DNA of 64,000 nt from Spirochaetia bacterium (GTDB lineage: Bacteria; Spirochaetota; Spirochaetia; CADAEX01), in NCBI GenBank assembly GCA_963662795.1, contig OY759746.1, forward strand, positions 1 through 64,000, read 5' to 3'. A program made the translations under genes and the position numbers. The notes under the pieces are model-generated. The model saw nothing but the letters and a program-made list of their open reading frames with translations. It was not told where the DNA came from and made no database searches. Below are positions 18,570 through 28,875 of the stretch, in pieces. Every line of letters starts with the position of its first letter. Position 1 is the first letter of the stretch.

Positions 18570-19412
18570 GTGGAAATCAAACCGGCAGATGTAAAAAAAC
18601 TCAGAGATCAGACCGGAGCGGGTATGATGGACTGCAAAACAGCCCTTGTAAATGCGGAAGGCAATTATGATAAGGCTGTTAAAATACTAAAGGAAAAAGG
18701 ACTTGCAGCTGCGGCAAAAAGAAGCAGCAGAGCAACTAAAGAAGGGAAAATATTTACAAGAATTGAACCCGGGAAAGCAGCCATACTTGAACTTTCCTGT
18801 GAAACAGATTTTGTCGCGCGAAATGAGAATTTTGTAAAGCTTGGAGAAAACCTTGCCGCGGAAATCCTGAAATCCGGCGCAACTGAAATAAATGATAAAC
18901 TTACCGGGATGGTTACAGAAGTCATTAGTACAATCAAAGAGAACATGTCTCTGAAAAGATTCAAGACTCTCAGCATAGCGGACAATGAATATGCAATTGA
19001 TTATGTGCATGGTGTTGGAACCATTGGTGTAATTATAAAACTTTCATCAGATAATCCGGCAGTTTTAAAAAAAGATGAAGTCAAGGCATTTGCTTTCGAT
19101 TGCGCTCTTCACATAGCCGCATTTAATCCTCTGGCATTGTCTGAAAAACAGGTTCCTGCTGAGTATCTTAAAGAACAGGAAGAAATATTCAAAAAACAGA
19201 CAGAAAATCTGGGTAAACCGGAGAATATTCTCCAGGGTATTGTCAAGGGGAAAATAAACAAGCATCTATCTGAAATCTGTTTTTTAAACCAGCCTTTTGT
19301 CAAGGATGACAAAAAGAAGGTTTCACAGGTTGCCTCTGAAATATCAAAAGCAGCAGGTGGAAATATTGAAATTGTTGAATATGTTTACTATAAATTAGGC
19401 GATAACGCATAA
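18570..19412 (+). CDS. tsf: Elongation factor Ts
   Basis: LRDQTGAGMMDCK and CETDFVA. Confidence 0.98.
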   Translation: MEIKPADVKKLRDQTGAGMMDCKTALVNAEGNYDKAVKILKEKGLAAAAKRSSRATKEGKIFTRIEPGKAAILELSCETDFVARNENFVKLGENLAAEILKSGATEINDKLTGMVTEVISTIKENMSLKRFKTLSIADNEYAIDYVHGVGTIGVIIKLSSDNPAVLKKDEVKAFAFDCALHIAAFNPLALSEKQVPAEYLKEQEEIFKKQTENLGKPENILQGIVKGKINKHLSEICFLNQPFVKDDKKKVSQVASEISKAAGGNIEIVEYVYYKLGDNA

Positions 19413-19420
19413 CAGGAAAA

Positions 19421-19446
19421 GACAGCCGCCCCCGCGGGCGGCTGTC
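19421..19446 (+). terminator. GC-rich hairpin after tsf (terminator or mRNA stabiliser)
   Basis: GACAGCCGCCC/GGGCGGCTGTC perfect 11-bp stem. No T-run on the plus strand. Confidence 0.55.
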
Positions 19447-19491
19447 ACTATATCTGATACAGTAGTTAATTTATAATATCAAGGGGTTTTT

Positions 19492-20046
19492 ATGAACAGC
19501 ATAAAATCAAAATCCGAAGATAAAATGAAAAAAAGCATCTCTTCTCTCGGGGAAGAGTTCTCGGGAATCAGGACAGGACGGGCTTCAGCATCCATTTTTG
19601 ACAAACTGAATGTTGATTATTTCGGACAAAGTACTCCTCTTAATCAGGTAGCGACAATTTCGGTGCCTGAGGCAAGGCTTGTAGTTATCCAGCCATGGGA
19701 CAGATCAATTATAAGTGAAATTGAAAAAGCGATACAAAAATCCGAACTTTCCCTTAATCCCAATAATGACGGTAAAATCATAAGAATAAATATACCGCCC
19801 CTCACAGAACAAAGAAGAAAAGAACTTGTAAAATCAGCTAAAAACATAGCTGAAAACTATCGTGTTGCAATGAGAAACATCAGACGGGATGCAAATGACG
19901 AACTCAAAAAGAAGCTTAAAAACAGCGAAATAACTGAAGATCAGGAAAAACAGGGCACTGAAGATATTCAGAAAATGACAGACAAATATATACTTGAAAT
20001 CAATAAGGCTCTTGAATTAAAAGAAAAAGAAATTATGGAAATCTGA
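19492..20046 (+). CDS. frr: Ribosome recycling factor
   Basis: IRTGRA, PPLTEQRRKEL and RNIRRDAN. Confidence 0.98.
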   Translation: MNSIKSKSEDKMKKSISSLGEEFSGIRTGRASASIFDKLNVDYFGQSTPLNQVATISVPEARLVVIQPWDRSIISEIEKAIQKSELSLNPNNDGKIIRINIPPLTEQRRKELVKSAKNIAENYRVAMRNIRRDANDELKKKLKNSEITEDQEKQGTEDIQKMTDKYILEINKALELKEKEIMEI

Positions 20047-20762
20047 TGTCGGAACAAAAAGGGCCTGTTCATATAGCAATTATAATGGACGGCAACGGCC
20101 GATGGGCACAGAAACTGGGAAAACCGAGAAGCTTCGGTCACAGGGAAGGTCTGGAGACTGCAAAAAAAATAACACTTGCTGCCTCGAATGCAGGTATAAA
20201 ATTTCTTTCACTTTATGTATTTTCAACCGAAAACTGGAAAAGAACAGAAACAGAGGTTTCTTTTCTTATGCAGCTTCTTAAATCTCATTTGAGAAGGGAA
20301 TATGATTTTTACAAGGAAAATCAGATAAGAGTTATCCATTCAGGCGATCTTGAAAGACTCCCCGCAGAAGTAAAAAAAGAAATATCATCCGTAACTGCAG
20401 ATACCGCATCCTTTAAAGGTCTTACAGTAAACCTGGCAATCAATTACGGAGGAAGGGATGAACTCATAAGAGCTGTAAACAGATGGATTGAAGATGATGA
20501 TACACAAAAAGCACCGCTTGATACGGATACCATTAGAAAATATCTTGACCAGCCCGATATACCGGACCCGGACCTGGTTATAAGAACAGCAGGGGAAAAA
20601 CGGCTGAGCAATTTTCTCCTCTGGGAAACAGCCTATAGCGAATTTTATTTCAGCGACAAGTACTGGCCCGAATGGAAAGAAAAAGATCTGGCTGATGCAA
20701 TTGAAAGCTATATAAAAAGAGACAGAAAATTCGGCGCATTATCGAAGGAGAAACAAGAATGA
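20046..20762 (+). CDS. uppS: Undecaprenyl/polyprenyl diphosphate synthase
   Basis: HIAIIMDGNGRWA, FSTENWKR and RLSNFLLW. Confidence 0.97.
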   Translation: MSEQKGPVHIAIIMDGNGRWAQKLGKPRSFGHREGLETAKKITLAASNAGIKFLSLYVFSTENWKRTETEVSFLMQLLKSHLRREYDFYKENQIRVIHSGDLERLPAEVKKEISSVTADTASFKGLTVNLAINYGGRDELIRAVNRWIEDDDTQKAPLDTDTIRKYLDQPDIPDPDLVIRTAGEKRLSNFLLWETAYSEFYFSDKYWPEWKEKDLADAIESYIKRDRKFGALSKEKQE

Positions 20763-21610
20763 GCAATCTTAAATTAAGAGTCCTGTTGATATTTACAGTT
20801 CTCCCTCTCCTTTTTTCCCTGATCTTTTTACTGCCGTATTTCAATTATCTTGCGATCAGCATAGTAGCTGCAGCATTTTCCATTAGCGGTACCTATGAAA
20901 CATGGAAACTTTTTTACGGTAAATACAATAAAACTGATTTTACTTTTGTTACTCTAATTGCATATTCAATACCTCTTCTGGTTTACCTTGAATCTGCCTC
21001 CATAATACCATTCAACACTGTTTACTATTTCGCTGGAATAATCATTTTTATGATTTTTACATATCAGATTTTCAGCCGCGATGAAAACTCATATTCGGAA
21101 ATAAATAAAAAAACATCATCAATGCTTATTCTGATGTTTTACCCCGGCCTTTTCTTTTCTTATACAATCAGGTTTACTACCCTGCACTACCCTTCCTATG
21201 CGCTGCTTGTTTTCATGCTTGTAGTTTTTATCAACGATATCTGCGCGTATATTACCGGGATGCTCTGGGGGGGAAACAGCCGCAAAGTAATTCCAATAAG
21301 CCCGAAGAAAAGCCTTATCGGTTTCATCGGAGGATTTACATCTTCAATTTTATCTACAACAATCTTTTATTTTATTTTCCCTCCGTTTTTTTCCAATAAC
21401 TATTTTTATTCGCTCCTTACAGGCGCACTGATAGGAATTGTATCAATAGTGGGTGATCTGAACGAATCGGCAATGAAAAGGTCCGCAAGGCTTAAAGATT
21501 CAGGAGATGTACTGCCCGGACGCGGCGGAATTCTCGATAATATCGATTCTCTTATATTCAGCGCCCCGGTTTTTTATTATATTATCAGGTATATAAGTCT
21601 ACAGGGGTAA
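20759..21610 (+). CDS. cdsA: Phosphatidate cytidylyltransferase
   Basis: ISPKKS and ESAMKRSARLKDSGDVLPGRGGILDNIDS. Confidence 0.96.
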   Translation: MSNLKLRVLLIFTVLPLLFSLIFLLPYFNYLAISIVAAAFSISGTYETWKLFYGKYNKTDFTFVTLIAYSIPLLVYLESASIIPFNTVYYFAGIIIFMIFTYQIFSRDENSYSEINKKTSSMLILMFYPGLFFSYTIRFTTLHYPSYALLVFMLVVFINDICAYITGMLWGGNSRKVIPISPKKSLIGFIGGFTSSILSTTIFYFIFPPFFSNNYFYSLLTGALIGIVSIVGDLNESAMKRSARLKDSGDVLPGRGGILDNIDSLIFSAPVFYYIIRYISLQG

Positions 21611-21611
21611 A

Positions 21612-22748
21612 ATGAAAAAAAAAATTATAATACTCGGCAGCACAGGTTCTATAGGCAGAAATACTATAGATGTTATAGCTTCTCAGCCTGATAAATACGA
21701 AATATCAGCAATATCAGCCCATAATAATGAAAAAAAACTTAATGAGATAGCAGATAGATTCAGTATAAAAAATCTTGCACTAACAGGGAAAAAACCGGAT
21801 AACCCTTCAATAAAATACCATTCGAAAGCAGGCCTGCTTGACATGATAAATGATACACAGGCCGACATTGTTGTTAACGGGCTGGCAGGTTCAGACGGCC
21901 TTATCCCTTCTGTAGTTTCACTTAAAAGCGGTAAAAATCTTGCCCTTGCGAATAAGGAAACTGTTGTAATGGCAGGAAGTATTATTATACAGCTTGCAGC
22001 TGCCTGCGGAAAGAAAATAATTCCTGTCGACTCCGAGCATTCGGCAATATTTCATCTGCTTCAGAACAGCAGCCTGGATGATGTTGAAGAATTAATTATT
22101 ACAGCATCAGGCGGCGCATTCAGGGACCTTACCATCGAAGAAATGAAAAAAGTAAACCTTGAAGATGCACTTAAACACCCCAATTGGTCAATGGGTAAAA
22201 AATTGACTATAGATTCAGCCTCAATGGCCAACAAGGGGCTTGAAGTAATTGAAGCACATCAGCTTTTCAATTTCCCCCTCTCAAAAATCAAGGTGCTTAT
22301 ACATCCGCAGAGTATGGTGCATTCCCTGATCAGAACAGCTGAAGGCTCTCTTTTTGCGCAGATAAGCAACCCCGACATGAGAGTCCCTATTCAAAACGCG
22401 CTATCCTGGCCGGAAATCGGCCCTTCGCTTTTCGGAAGACTTGATCTTGACGGAGTTACATTGAGTTTTACCGCCCCTGATTTTAAAAAATACAGAATGC
22501 TTGCCCTTGCCTACAATGCAGCTGAAGCAGGCCCTTCCCACAATATAACATATAACGCTGCAAATGAAGTTGCTGTAGATTATTTCATGCAGAGAAAAAT
22601 TGCCTTCAAAGCAATTCCGGAGATAGTTGAAAAAACGCTTCAGACCGACATAACAGGCAGTATCAGCTGCATTGAAGATATAATCGATGTTGATACCCGG
22701 GCGAGAAAAACAGCAGTAAAATACACAGGAGATTACATTAACAACTGA
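21612..22748 (+). CDS. dxr: 1-deoxy-D-xylulose 5-phosphate reductoisomerase
   Basis: LGSTGSIG, LANKE, PVDSEH and HPNWSMG. Confidence 0.98.
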   Translation: MKKKIIILGSTGSIGRNTIDVIASQPDKYEISAISAHNNEKKLNEIADRFSIKNLALTGKKPDNPSIKYHSKAGLLDMINDTQADIVVNGLAGSDGLIPSVVSLKSGKNLALANKETVVMAGSIIIQLAAACGKKIIPVDSEHSAIFHLLQNSSLDDVEELIITASGGAFRDLTIEEMKKVNLEDALKHPNWSMGKKLTIDSASMANKGLEVIEAHQLFNFPLSKIKVLIHPQSMVHSLIRTAEGSLFAQISNPDMRVPIQNALSWPEIGPSLFGRLDLDGVTLSFTAPDFKKYRMLALAYNAAEAGPSHNITYNAANEVAVDYFMQRKIAFKAIPEIVEKTLQTDITGSISCIEDIIDVDTRARKTAVKYTGDYINN

Positions 22749-24109
22749 TGATAATAAATATTTTAATTGGACTTACAGGTCTTGGAATTGTAGTTTTTTT
22801 TCATGAAGCGGGACACTTTCTTGCGGCCAAAACATTCGGCATAACAGTAAAGACTTTTTCACTCGGCTGGGGAAAGAAAATATACTCTTTCAAGTATGGT
22901 GAAACAGAATACTGTATATCTCTCCTGCCCCTTGGCGGTTATTGCCAGCTTAAAGGGGAAGAGGTTCTTAAACAGGCAATTGAAAACAACAGCGATACCA
23001 TTGAGTCGGAGGAAGGATCACTTTATTCCGTGTCTCCATGGAAAAGGATTGTTGTATTTTTTGCCGGCCCATTCATGAATCTTGTTTTTTCTATTGTTGT
23101 TCTATCCATAATATGGTTTAACGGATTCAGTTACTATAGCCCTGAAAGCAGGATAATTCTCGCTTCCGAGTACTCATCATCCTCCGGAGAACTTTTCCCG
23201 GCAAATAAAGCAGGGTTAATGACGGGGGACAGAATCATATCAATAGATGACAGGCCGATCCTTAATTATCATGAAATTAGGGAAGCAATTGCACTCAATC
23301 CTGAAGAAAAGCTGAAAATTACGGCAATGAGGGATGGTCAGACAGTTTCAGCTGTAATCACACCTGAACTCAACAAAAACACAGGCGGGGGGAAGATCGG
23401 GATTTATCCATGGATTGATCCGGTAATTGCAAAGATAATACCCAGCTCACCGGCAGAAATATCCGGACTTAAGGAAGGAGACACGATAGTTGCTGTTTCC
23501 GGTGTTCAGATAAATAATCAGATGGATCTGTATGATAAATTAAATACAAAACCTGATAAAATTGACCTTACCTATATTAGAAACAATAACTTAAATACAG
23601 TTACAATGGTTCTGCAGTATGACATCAAGGGTGAAACAGATCCCGGATTTATCTTTGATATTCATAAATACTCAACTCCTGATTATTCTGTTCCACAGGC
23701 ATTCCGGAAAGGGGTAACTGAATCTTTCACAACCCTGTTTGCATCAATAAAGGGGCTTAAAAGTCTTTTCGGAGGGGTAAATCTGAACAAGGCGGTATCA
23801 GGTCCCATAAGAATAACCTACATGGTTGGAGAAGCGGCTTCCCAGGCTTTCAGCGAAGGAATAGAACAGGGATTTATCAATTTTTTTCAATTCCTCTCAT
23901 TGATAAGCATAGCCCTGTTTTTCATGAACCTTCTCCCCATACCGGCACTTGACGGCGGACAGATTTTATTCTCAGCCTTTGAAATAATACTGAGGAAGAA
24001 TTTCAAACCTAAATTTATTTACCGTTATCAGATTGTAGGCTTTGTCTTTATCTTTTTCCTTCTTTTCTTTTCACTTTTTAATGATATACTTTTTTTAGTT
24101 AACAGATGA
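22748..24109 (+). CDS. rseP: RIP metalloprotease RseP
   Basis: HEAGH, PDZ domains and NLLPIPALDGG. Confidence 0.96.
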   Translation: MIINILIGLTGLGIVVFFHEAGHFLAAKTFGITVKTFSLGWGKKIYSFKYGETEYCISLLPLGGYCQLKGEEVLKQAIENNSDTIESEEGSLYSVSPWKRIVVFFAGPFMNLVFSIVVLSIIWFNGFSYYSPESRIILASEYSSSSGELFPANKAGLMTGDRIISIDDRPILNYHEIREAIALNPEEKLKITAMRDGQTVSAVITPELNKNTGGGKIGIYPWIDPVIAKIIPSSPAEISGLKEGDTIVAVSGVQINNQMDLYDKLNTKPDKIDLTYIRNNNLNTVTMVLQYDIKGETDPGFIFDIHKYSTPDYSVPQAFRKGVTESFTTLFASIKGLKSLFGGVNLNKAVSGPIRITYMVGEAASQAFSEGIEQGFINFFQFLSLISIALFFMNLLPIPALDGGQILFSAFEIILRKNFKPKFIYRYQIVGFVFIFFLLFFSLFNDILFLVNR

Positions 24110-24119
24110 GAGGCAGAAT

Positions 24120-24740
24120 ATGAAAGTTAAAATTCCCTGCCATTGCGGCAATATAATGGATTTTGAATATAACGATGAAACTGAAATTAATCCGGAATCT
24201 GCAGAAGAAATTATTCACGGCAGATTTATGAGCACAATCTGTGATAAATGCGGGATTACACTTAAACCTGAATTTCCTGTAATGTTTACCTATCCTGATC
24301 CCCGGATGAGAATATTTTTTATACCTGAGCTTCAGCGGGATGCTTTTTTAAGAGGTCAGTCACCGCTTCTTTCAAAAAATCCTGACAGATTTGTTATAGG
24401 CTTTCAGGAACTTGCGGAAAAAATAAAAATACTTGATGCCGGTCTTGATGATATTACTGTAGAATGCGTTAAATATTATATTCTGTCAAAAATTGAAAAT
24501 GATATCAAAACAGAAGATGAAATAATAATTTATTTTGAAAAATATGAAAATGATAAATTGACTTTCTGTATTCACGGTTTAAAAAAAGATGAAGTGGGAA
24601 TGCTTTCTGTTGATATGAATTTCTATAATATGTCAAAAGAAAAGGTAAAAACTTCTATAGGCGAAGAACCGTTTAAAAGTTTCCTTACTCCTCCCTATAT
24701 TTCCATCATAAAAATATACAGGGAATATAATAAAAGCTGA
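24120..24740 (+). CDS. CpXC-domain (Zn-ribbon) protein
   Basis: CHCG near the N-terminus and CDKCG downstream. Last gene of the operon. Confidence 0.7.
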   Translation: MKVKIPCHCGNIMDFEYNDETEINPESAEEIIHGRFMSTICDKCGITLKPEFPVMFTYPDPRMRIFFIPELQRDAFLRGQSPLLSKNPDRFVIGFQELAEKIKILDAGLDDITVECVKYYILSKIENDIKTEDEIIIYFEKYENDKLTFCIHGLKKDEVGMLSVDMNFYNMSKEKVKTSIGEEPFKSFLTPPYISIIKIYREYNKS

Positions 24741-24761
24741 TTTCCAGCCGGAAACAACTTC

Positions 24762-24792
24762 CTGCCAGACCCATTACCAAAAGGTCCGGCAG
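24762..24792. terminator. Hairpin between convergent genes
   Basis: CTGCCAGACC/GGTCCGGCAG imperfect stem. Confidence 0.4.
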
Positions 24793-24815
24793 TGGTCAAT
24801 TTTAAATCAAAACGG

Positions 24816-25103
24816 TCAATGCGAAGGATTATTTTTAACTTTTTCTATTGCAAACTTTACTGCTTCTTCAACAGCTTCAATATATTTTTCAGGAACTGAA
24901 GCTGATGCATACAGTGTTCCTTTAAGTGATGTTTTATACAGCGGCTTGATATTATTGAGTGCAAATCCAACAATATCAAGAACACAGTCCTGGCAACCGC
25001 AGATTTTTTTATCAATCTTCATTTCCCTTTCAAGAATTTCCTTTACAAGTTCTTCTGCCTCGTTTTTAAGGTAGTCGAAATTATACATTTCATTTAATCC
25101 CAT
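24816..25103 (-). CDS. ComFB-family protein
   Basis: NEAEELV, CGCQDCVLDI.GFALN.IKPLY and a C-terminal AIEKVKNNPSH. Confidence 0.9.
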   Translation of the reverse strand: MGLNEMYNFDYLKNEAEELVKEILEREMKIDKKICGCQDCVLDIVGFALNNIKPLYKTSLKGTLYASASVPEKYIEAVEEAVKFAIEKVKNNPSH

Positions 25104-25148
25104 TTTTATCTCCTGTTTAGATTATAACCGGATTACTGGTATATTTGT

Positions 25149-26492
25149 TTATACATCGTCTTCGCTTTTTGATTCAAACCTTGTATATTTCGGTATAAAA
25201 ACTATTTTCAAATCACCGATCGGGCCGTTTCGCTGCTTGGCTATGATTAGTTCTGTTTCAATCGCCCCTGTCCCGTCTGTCCTGGAATCTTCACCGCCGC
25301 TGCGCTCCCTGTGCAGAAACATTACAAGGTCTGCATCCTGCTCTATTGATCCTGATTCCCTCAAGTCCGCAAGGGTCGGTTTCTTGCCTTCTGTCTCGCG
25401 TTTTACCTGGGAAAGGACAACAACCGGAATATCAAGCTCTCTTGCAAGCGCTTTAAGCGACCTTGAAATCTCGGCAATCTGTTCATGCCGCGGTATTGTC
25501 CTGTTTTCCGCCTGGACAAGCGTAAGATAATCGACAAAAATTATCTTTACTCCGTTCTGTCTTATCATTTTCCTTGCCTGCGCGCGCAGATCAAGTATTT
25601 TCAAATCTGATGTCGAACTTATATATAGGGGTGCTTCATATACTTCACCTGCAGCCTGGTGAATCTGGCTTATCTGAAGCTCTGATAAAAATCCAGACCT
25701 GATGGCATCGCTTCTTATTCTTGCTTCGCTTGAAATAAGCCTCTGCATGATAGCCTGCTCCGACATTTCAAGTGAGAAAAATCCGGTCGGTATTTTATGC
25801 CTGATGGCAATGTTATTTGCCATGGAAAGGGCAAGCGCTGTTTTACCTATTGAAGGCCGCGCGCCGAGGACGATAAACTCTGATCTCTGAAACCCGTTTG
25901 TAAGCTTGTCAAGATCATGGAATCCGGACGGAATACCGGTGCAGACATCATCAGATTCCATGAGTTTCTGAATTGCGTTAATGGCGTCGGGAAGCAGTTC
26001 CTTGATAGATTTATAGCCGCCTGTTGACTGCTTTTCAGTAATCTCAAAAATCTTTTTTTCTGCTTCTTCAAGAACATATGCAGTTCCGGTAGTATCGTCA
26101 AAAGCCCCGGAGATTATTTCTCCGGAGATTTTGATAAGACCGCGCCTTATGCTGTTTCCCTGTACAATTTTTGAATAATACTCGACATTCGCGCTGCTGG
26201 GTACTTCGGAAGAAAGTGATGAGATATAGGGTGCGCCGCCGGCTTCTTCAAGTTTTCCGTCGTTCCTGAGCTGCTGTACCACAGTCAGAATATCTATATT
26301 CTCGTTATTTTCAGAGAGCGCAATAATTGCCTTGAAAATTATTTTGTGGCTGTTTTTATAAAAATCATCCGGCCGCAGATACAGAAGAACTGTATCCATT
26401 GCGTCCGGATTTATTAAAATTGCCCCGAGTGTAGCTTTTTCCGCATCTATATTGTGAGGCGGAATCCTGTCCTTAAGCGGGGCATTGGCCAT
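25149..26492 (-). CDS. dnaB: Replicative DNA helicase
   Basis: PPHNIDAE, GARPSIGKT, LRESGSIEQDAD and KQRNGP. No intein. Confidence 0.98.
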   Translation of the reverse strand: MANAPLKDRIPPHNIDAEKATLGAILINPDAMDTVLLYLRPDDFYKNSHKIIFKAIIALSENNENIDILTVVQQLRNDGKLEEAGGAPYISSLSSEVPSSANVEYYSKIVQGNSIRRGLIKISGEIISGAFDDTTGTAYVLEEAEKKIFEITEKQSTGGYKSIKELLPDAINAIQKLMESDDVCTGIPSGFHDLDKLTNGFQRSEFIVLGARPSIGKTALALSMANNIAIRHKIPTGFFSLEMSEQAIMQRLISSEARIRSDAIRSGFLSELQISQIHQAAGEVYEAPLYISSTSDLKILDLRAQARKMIRQNGVKIIFVDYLTLVQAENRTIPRHEQIAEISRSLKALARELDIPVVVLSQVKRETEGKKPTLADLRESGSIEQDADLVMFLHRERSGGEDSRTDGTGAIETELIIAKQRNGPIGDLKIVFIPKYTRFESKSEDDV

Positions 26493-26506
26493 TAGACTTA
26501 CTTGCT

Positions 26507-26977
26507 TTATTCAGCTTTAGTTTCAGATGCAGCAATAACCAGCTTTAAAACTGCTGTCTGATTATTATAAAGCTTGATCTTGATATTGTAGTTTCCTGTC
26601 ATTTTAAGTGTATGCTCAGGAACTTCGATTTTTTTCCTTTCAACAGAAATACCTTCTTTCGCAAGAGCATCAGCAATTACGGAATTGTTTACAGATCCGA
26701 AAAGCTTGCCCGATTCTCCGGCAGGCATCAGAACAGTAAGACCTTCTATCGATTCAATCTTCTCTTTTAAACCGAGAGCCTGCTGCTTTTTTTCCTCTTT
26801 TTTCTTTGCAATCAAATCTTTTTTCTGTTCAAATATATTGATATATTTCTTTGTAAACGGAACAGCCAGCCCTTTTGGTATAAGATAATTCCTGCCGTAA
26901 CCGTCAGCAACTGATTTTACATCGCCTTCTTCACCAAGATTTACCATATCCTGATTGAGAATAATTTTCATTGCCAT
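26507..26977 (-). CDS. rplI: 50S ribosomal protein L9
   Basis: GYGRNYLIPKG and GKLFGSV. Confidence 0.98.
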   Translation of the reverse strand: MAMKIILNQDMVNLGEEGDVKSVADGYGRNYLIPKGLAVPFTKKYINIFEQKKDLIAKKKEEKKQQALGLKEKIESIEGLTVLMPAGESGKLFGSVNNSVIADALAKEGISVERKKIEVPEHTLKMTGNYNIKIKLYNNQTAVLKLVIAASETKAE

Positions 26978-26989
26978 ATTTTTACTCCC

Positions 26990-27982
26990 TCATTTCCTGT
27001 TATAGTTTATCCATATTTCTGACACTCCAAGCCCCGGTAAACCTATAAGTATAATATAATTAAGACCAGGCTGCATCAAGAACAGCATGATTGAAAAAAT
27101 TATAAGCACTCTTAAGCTTGCCGGAAGATTAAAAGAGGTCATCATACCCTGAATTATTCCAAGACCCCGAAACCCATACATTGTTACCATTATTAAAAGC
27201 ACATTCCATCCCAAATCACCTATAAAACCTGTGCTTATCTTAAAACTGATCACCACAATCAATAACGCGGCAATCAGGGGCCAGACCATTAATTCCGGCA
27301 GATAAAAAGACGCGGGTGTGAATGAGCTGCGCCATCTGCCTTCCTTATATCCCGAACTTCCGAACCACCAGCTTCCCGAAAGCATAATAAAGTAAGAAAA
27401 AAGATAGCTGCGCATTACTGTTTTTTTCACTGCAGTATACACAGTTTCAACATCTATACTTTTCAAAAGCTCAGTTATTTCTGAAACCTCAACACTTTGA
27501 AGTTCGCCGAAAGTCCTGTTCAGTAATTCCAAAGCAAGAGCAATCTGATTTTTATAAAAATTAACAAATGCTCCCGAATTAAAAATCAGCAGCGCTGGAA
27601 TAGCTGCAATAAAAGCTCCTGCAGTTACTATCAGAATCTTTTTAAGCATCCTGGGATTTTCAGGCCAGTCATAATTTATGTATAACAATCCAGTAAGCAG
27701 CACCAGCGGCATAAATATTTCGGATAAAATAATTATAATCCGTGTTCCGGCAAGTGGAATTCCAGAAGACCTTGCAATTGATGCAAAGAATATCACTGAA
27801 ATTACGATAACACATGCCTGTAAAAGAGCCGGAAAACCTTTTTTATTTCTTACAGACTGAAGCGGGACAAGGAAAAAAAGGAATAGATAACCTGATTGAT
27901 GAAAAAATACAGATATCATTGAGTAAATAATTACCTCTTTCTGTATCTTTTTTACCATATCCGGAAATTTACCCAGTTCCAT
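26990..27982 (-). CDS. DUF2232 (YybS-like) membrane protein
   Basis: Multi-TM protein in the conserved position between rpsR and rplI. Confidence 0.75.
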   Translation of the reverse strand: MELGKFPDMVKKIQKEVIIYSMISVFFHQSGYLFLFFLVPLQSVRNKKGFPALLQACVIVISVIFFASIARSSGIPLAGTRIIIILSEIFMPLVLLTGLLYINYDWPENPRMLKKILIVTAGAFIAAIPALLIFNSGAFVNFYKNQIALALELLNRTFGELQSVEVSEITELLKSIDVETVYTAVKKTVMRSYLFSYFIMLSGSWWFGSSGYKEGRWRSSFTPASFYLPELMVWPLIAALLIVVISFKISTGFIGDLGWNVLLIMVTMYGFRGLGIIQGMMTSFNLPASLRVLIIFSIMLFLMQPGLNYIILIGLPGLGVSEIWINYNRK

Positions 27983-28007
27983 CCCCTAAACCTCTGCCTG
28001 TAAATAT

Positions 28008-28319
28008 TTATTTTTTTACAAACGGCAGATATGCAAGTACTCTTGCTCTCTTTATTGCAGTTGTAAGTGATCTTTGATGTTTTGCGCATGTACCTGTAAT
28101 TCTTCTGGGAAGTATTTTTCCCCTTTCAGTTATGAAACGCCTTAAAACATCATGGTTTTTATAATCCAATGGAAGTTTCTGTGTACAGAATTTGCAGACT
28201 TTTCTTTTAAAAGAAGGTCTTCTGCCTTTCCCTCCTCCCATTTTTTGATCATCGTCATAGTTTGAATCTGAATCTTTTTTATCATAATTATCATTATCTT
28301 TATCTTTATAATCTGACAT
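28008..28319 (-). CDS. rpsR: 30S ribosomal protein S18 (Zn-binding C+ type)
   Basis: CKFC and [17 protein letters not shown]; acidic N-terminal extension. Confidence 0.98.
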   Translation of the reverse strand: MSDYKDKDNDNYDKKDSDSNYDDDQKMGGGKGRRPSFKRKVCKFCTQKLPLDYKNHDVLRRFITERGKILPRRITGTCAKHQRSLTTAIKRARVLAYLPFVKK

Positions 28320-28340
28320 TCTATCCCTCCTTATCTTTTT

Positions 28341-28847
28341 TTAAAACGGAATACCGTCATCGTCAAACTGTCCGGCATCATTAAAAGGTTCATTTCCATA
28401 TTGTTCAAAAGGAACAGAACCGCCTTTGGACTGCTGCTGCGGTTTTACCCCGCCCTGATGACTGCCTCCGGAGGCAGCGTTATAATTACTGCCTGATCCC
28501 TGACCGGATCCTGAACCCGTACCGGTTCCGCCCAACAGCTGGATATTGGCAGCATGTATTTCCACTCTGCTTCTTGCCTGTCCATCCTGTTCCCATCTGC
28601 TTTGCCTTAATTCACCGTCAATTGCCACCTGCTTTCCCTTGATAAGGTACTTGCTTAAGGCTTCGGCTGTTTTTCCCCACAGAACGATATCAAAGAAGTT
28701 TACCTCTTCATCCCATTTATCGCCGCTTTTTTTACTTCTGTTTACTGCGAGAGAAAATTTACCCACCGGGGTACCGGCTGTTGTGAATCTAAGCTCCGCG
28801 TCTCTTGTCAGCCTGCCGACAAGAAAAACCCTGTTTATATCTGTCAT
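28341..28847 (-). CDS. ssb: Single-stranded DNA-binding protein
   Basis: NRVFLVGRLTRDAELR, Gly/Ser linker and DDDGIPF tail. Confidence 0.98.
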   Translation of the reverse strand: MTDINRVFLVGRLTRDAELRFTTAGTPVGKFSLAVNRSKKSGDKWDEEVNFFDIVLWGKTAEALSKYLIKGKQVAIDGELRQSRWEQDGQARSRVEIHAANIQLLGGTGTGSGSGQGSGSNYNAASGGSHQGGVKPQQQSKGGSVPFEQYGNEPFNDAGQFDDDGIPF

Positions 28848-28875
28848 AATAATTTACCTCTAAATAGAATAATAA

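Noticed and set aside
19412-19492. pyrH missing between tsf and frr
   Set aside because: This is the normal gene order in spirochaetes, not a novel loss.
28490-28535. Short repeats in ssb
   Set aside because: They encode the usual Gly/Ser linker.
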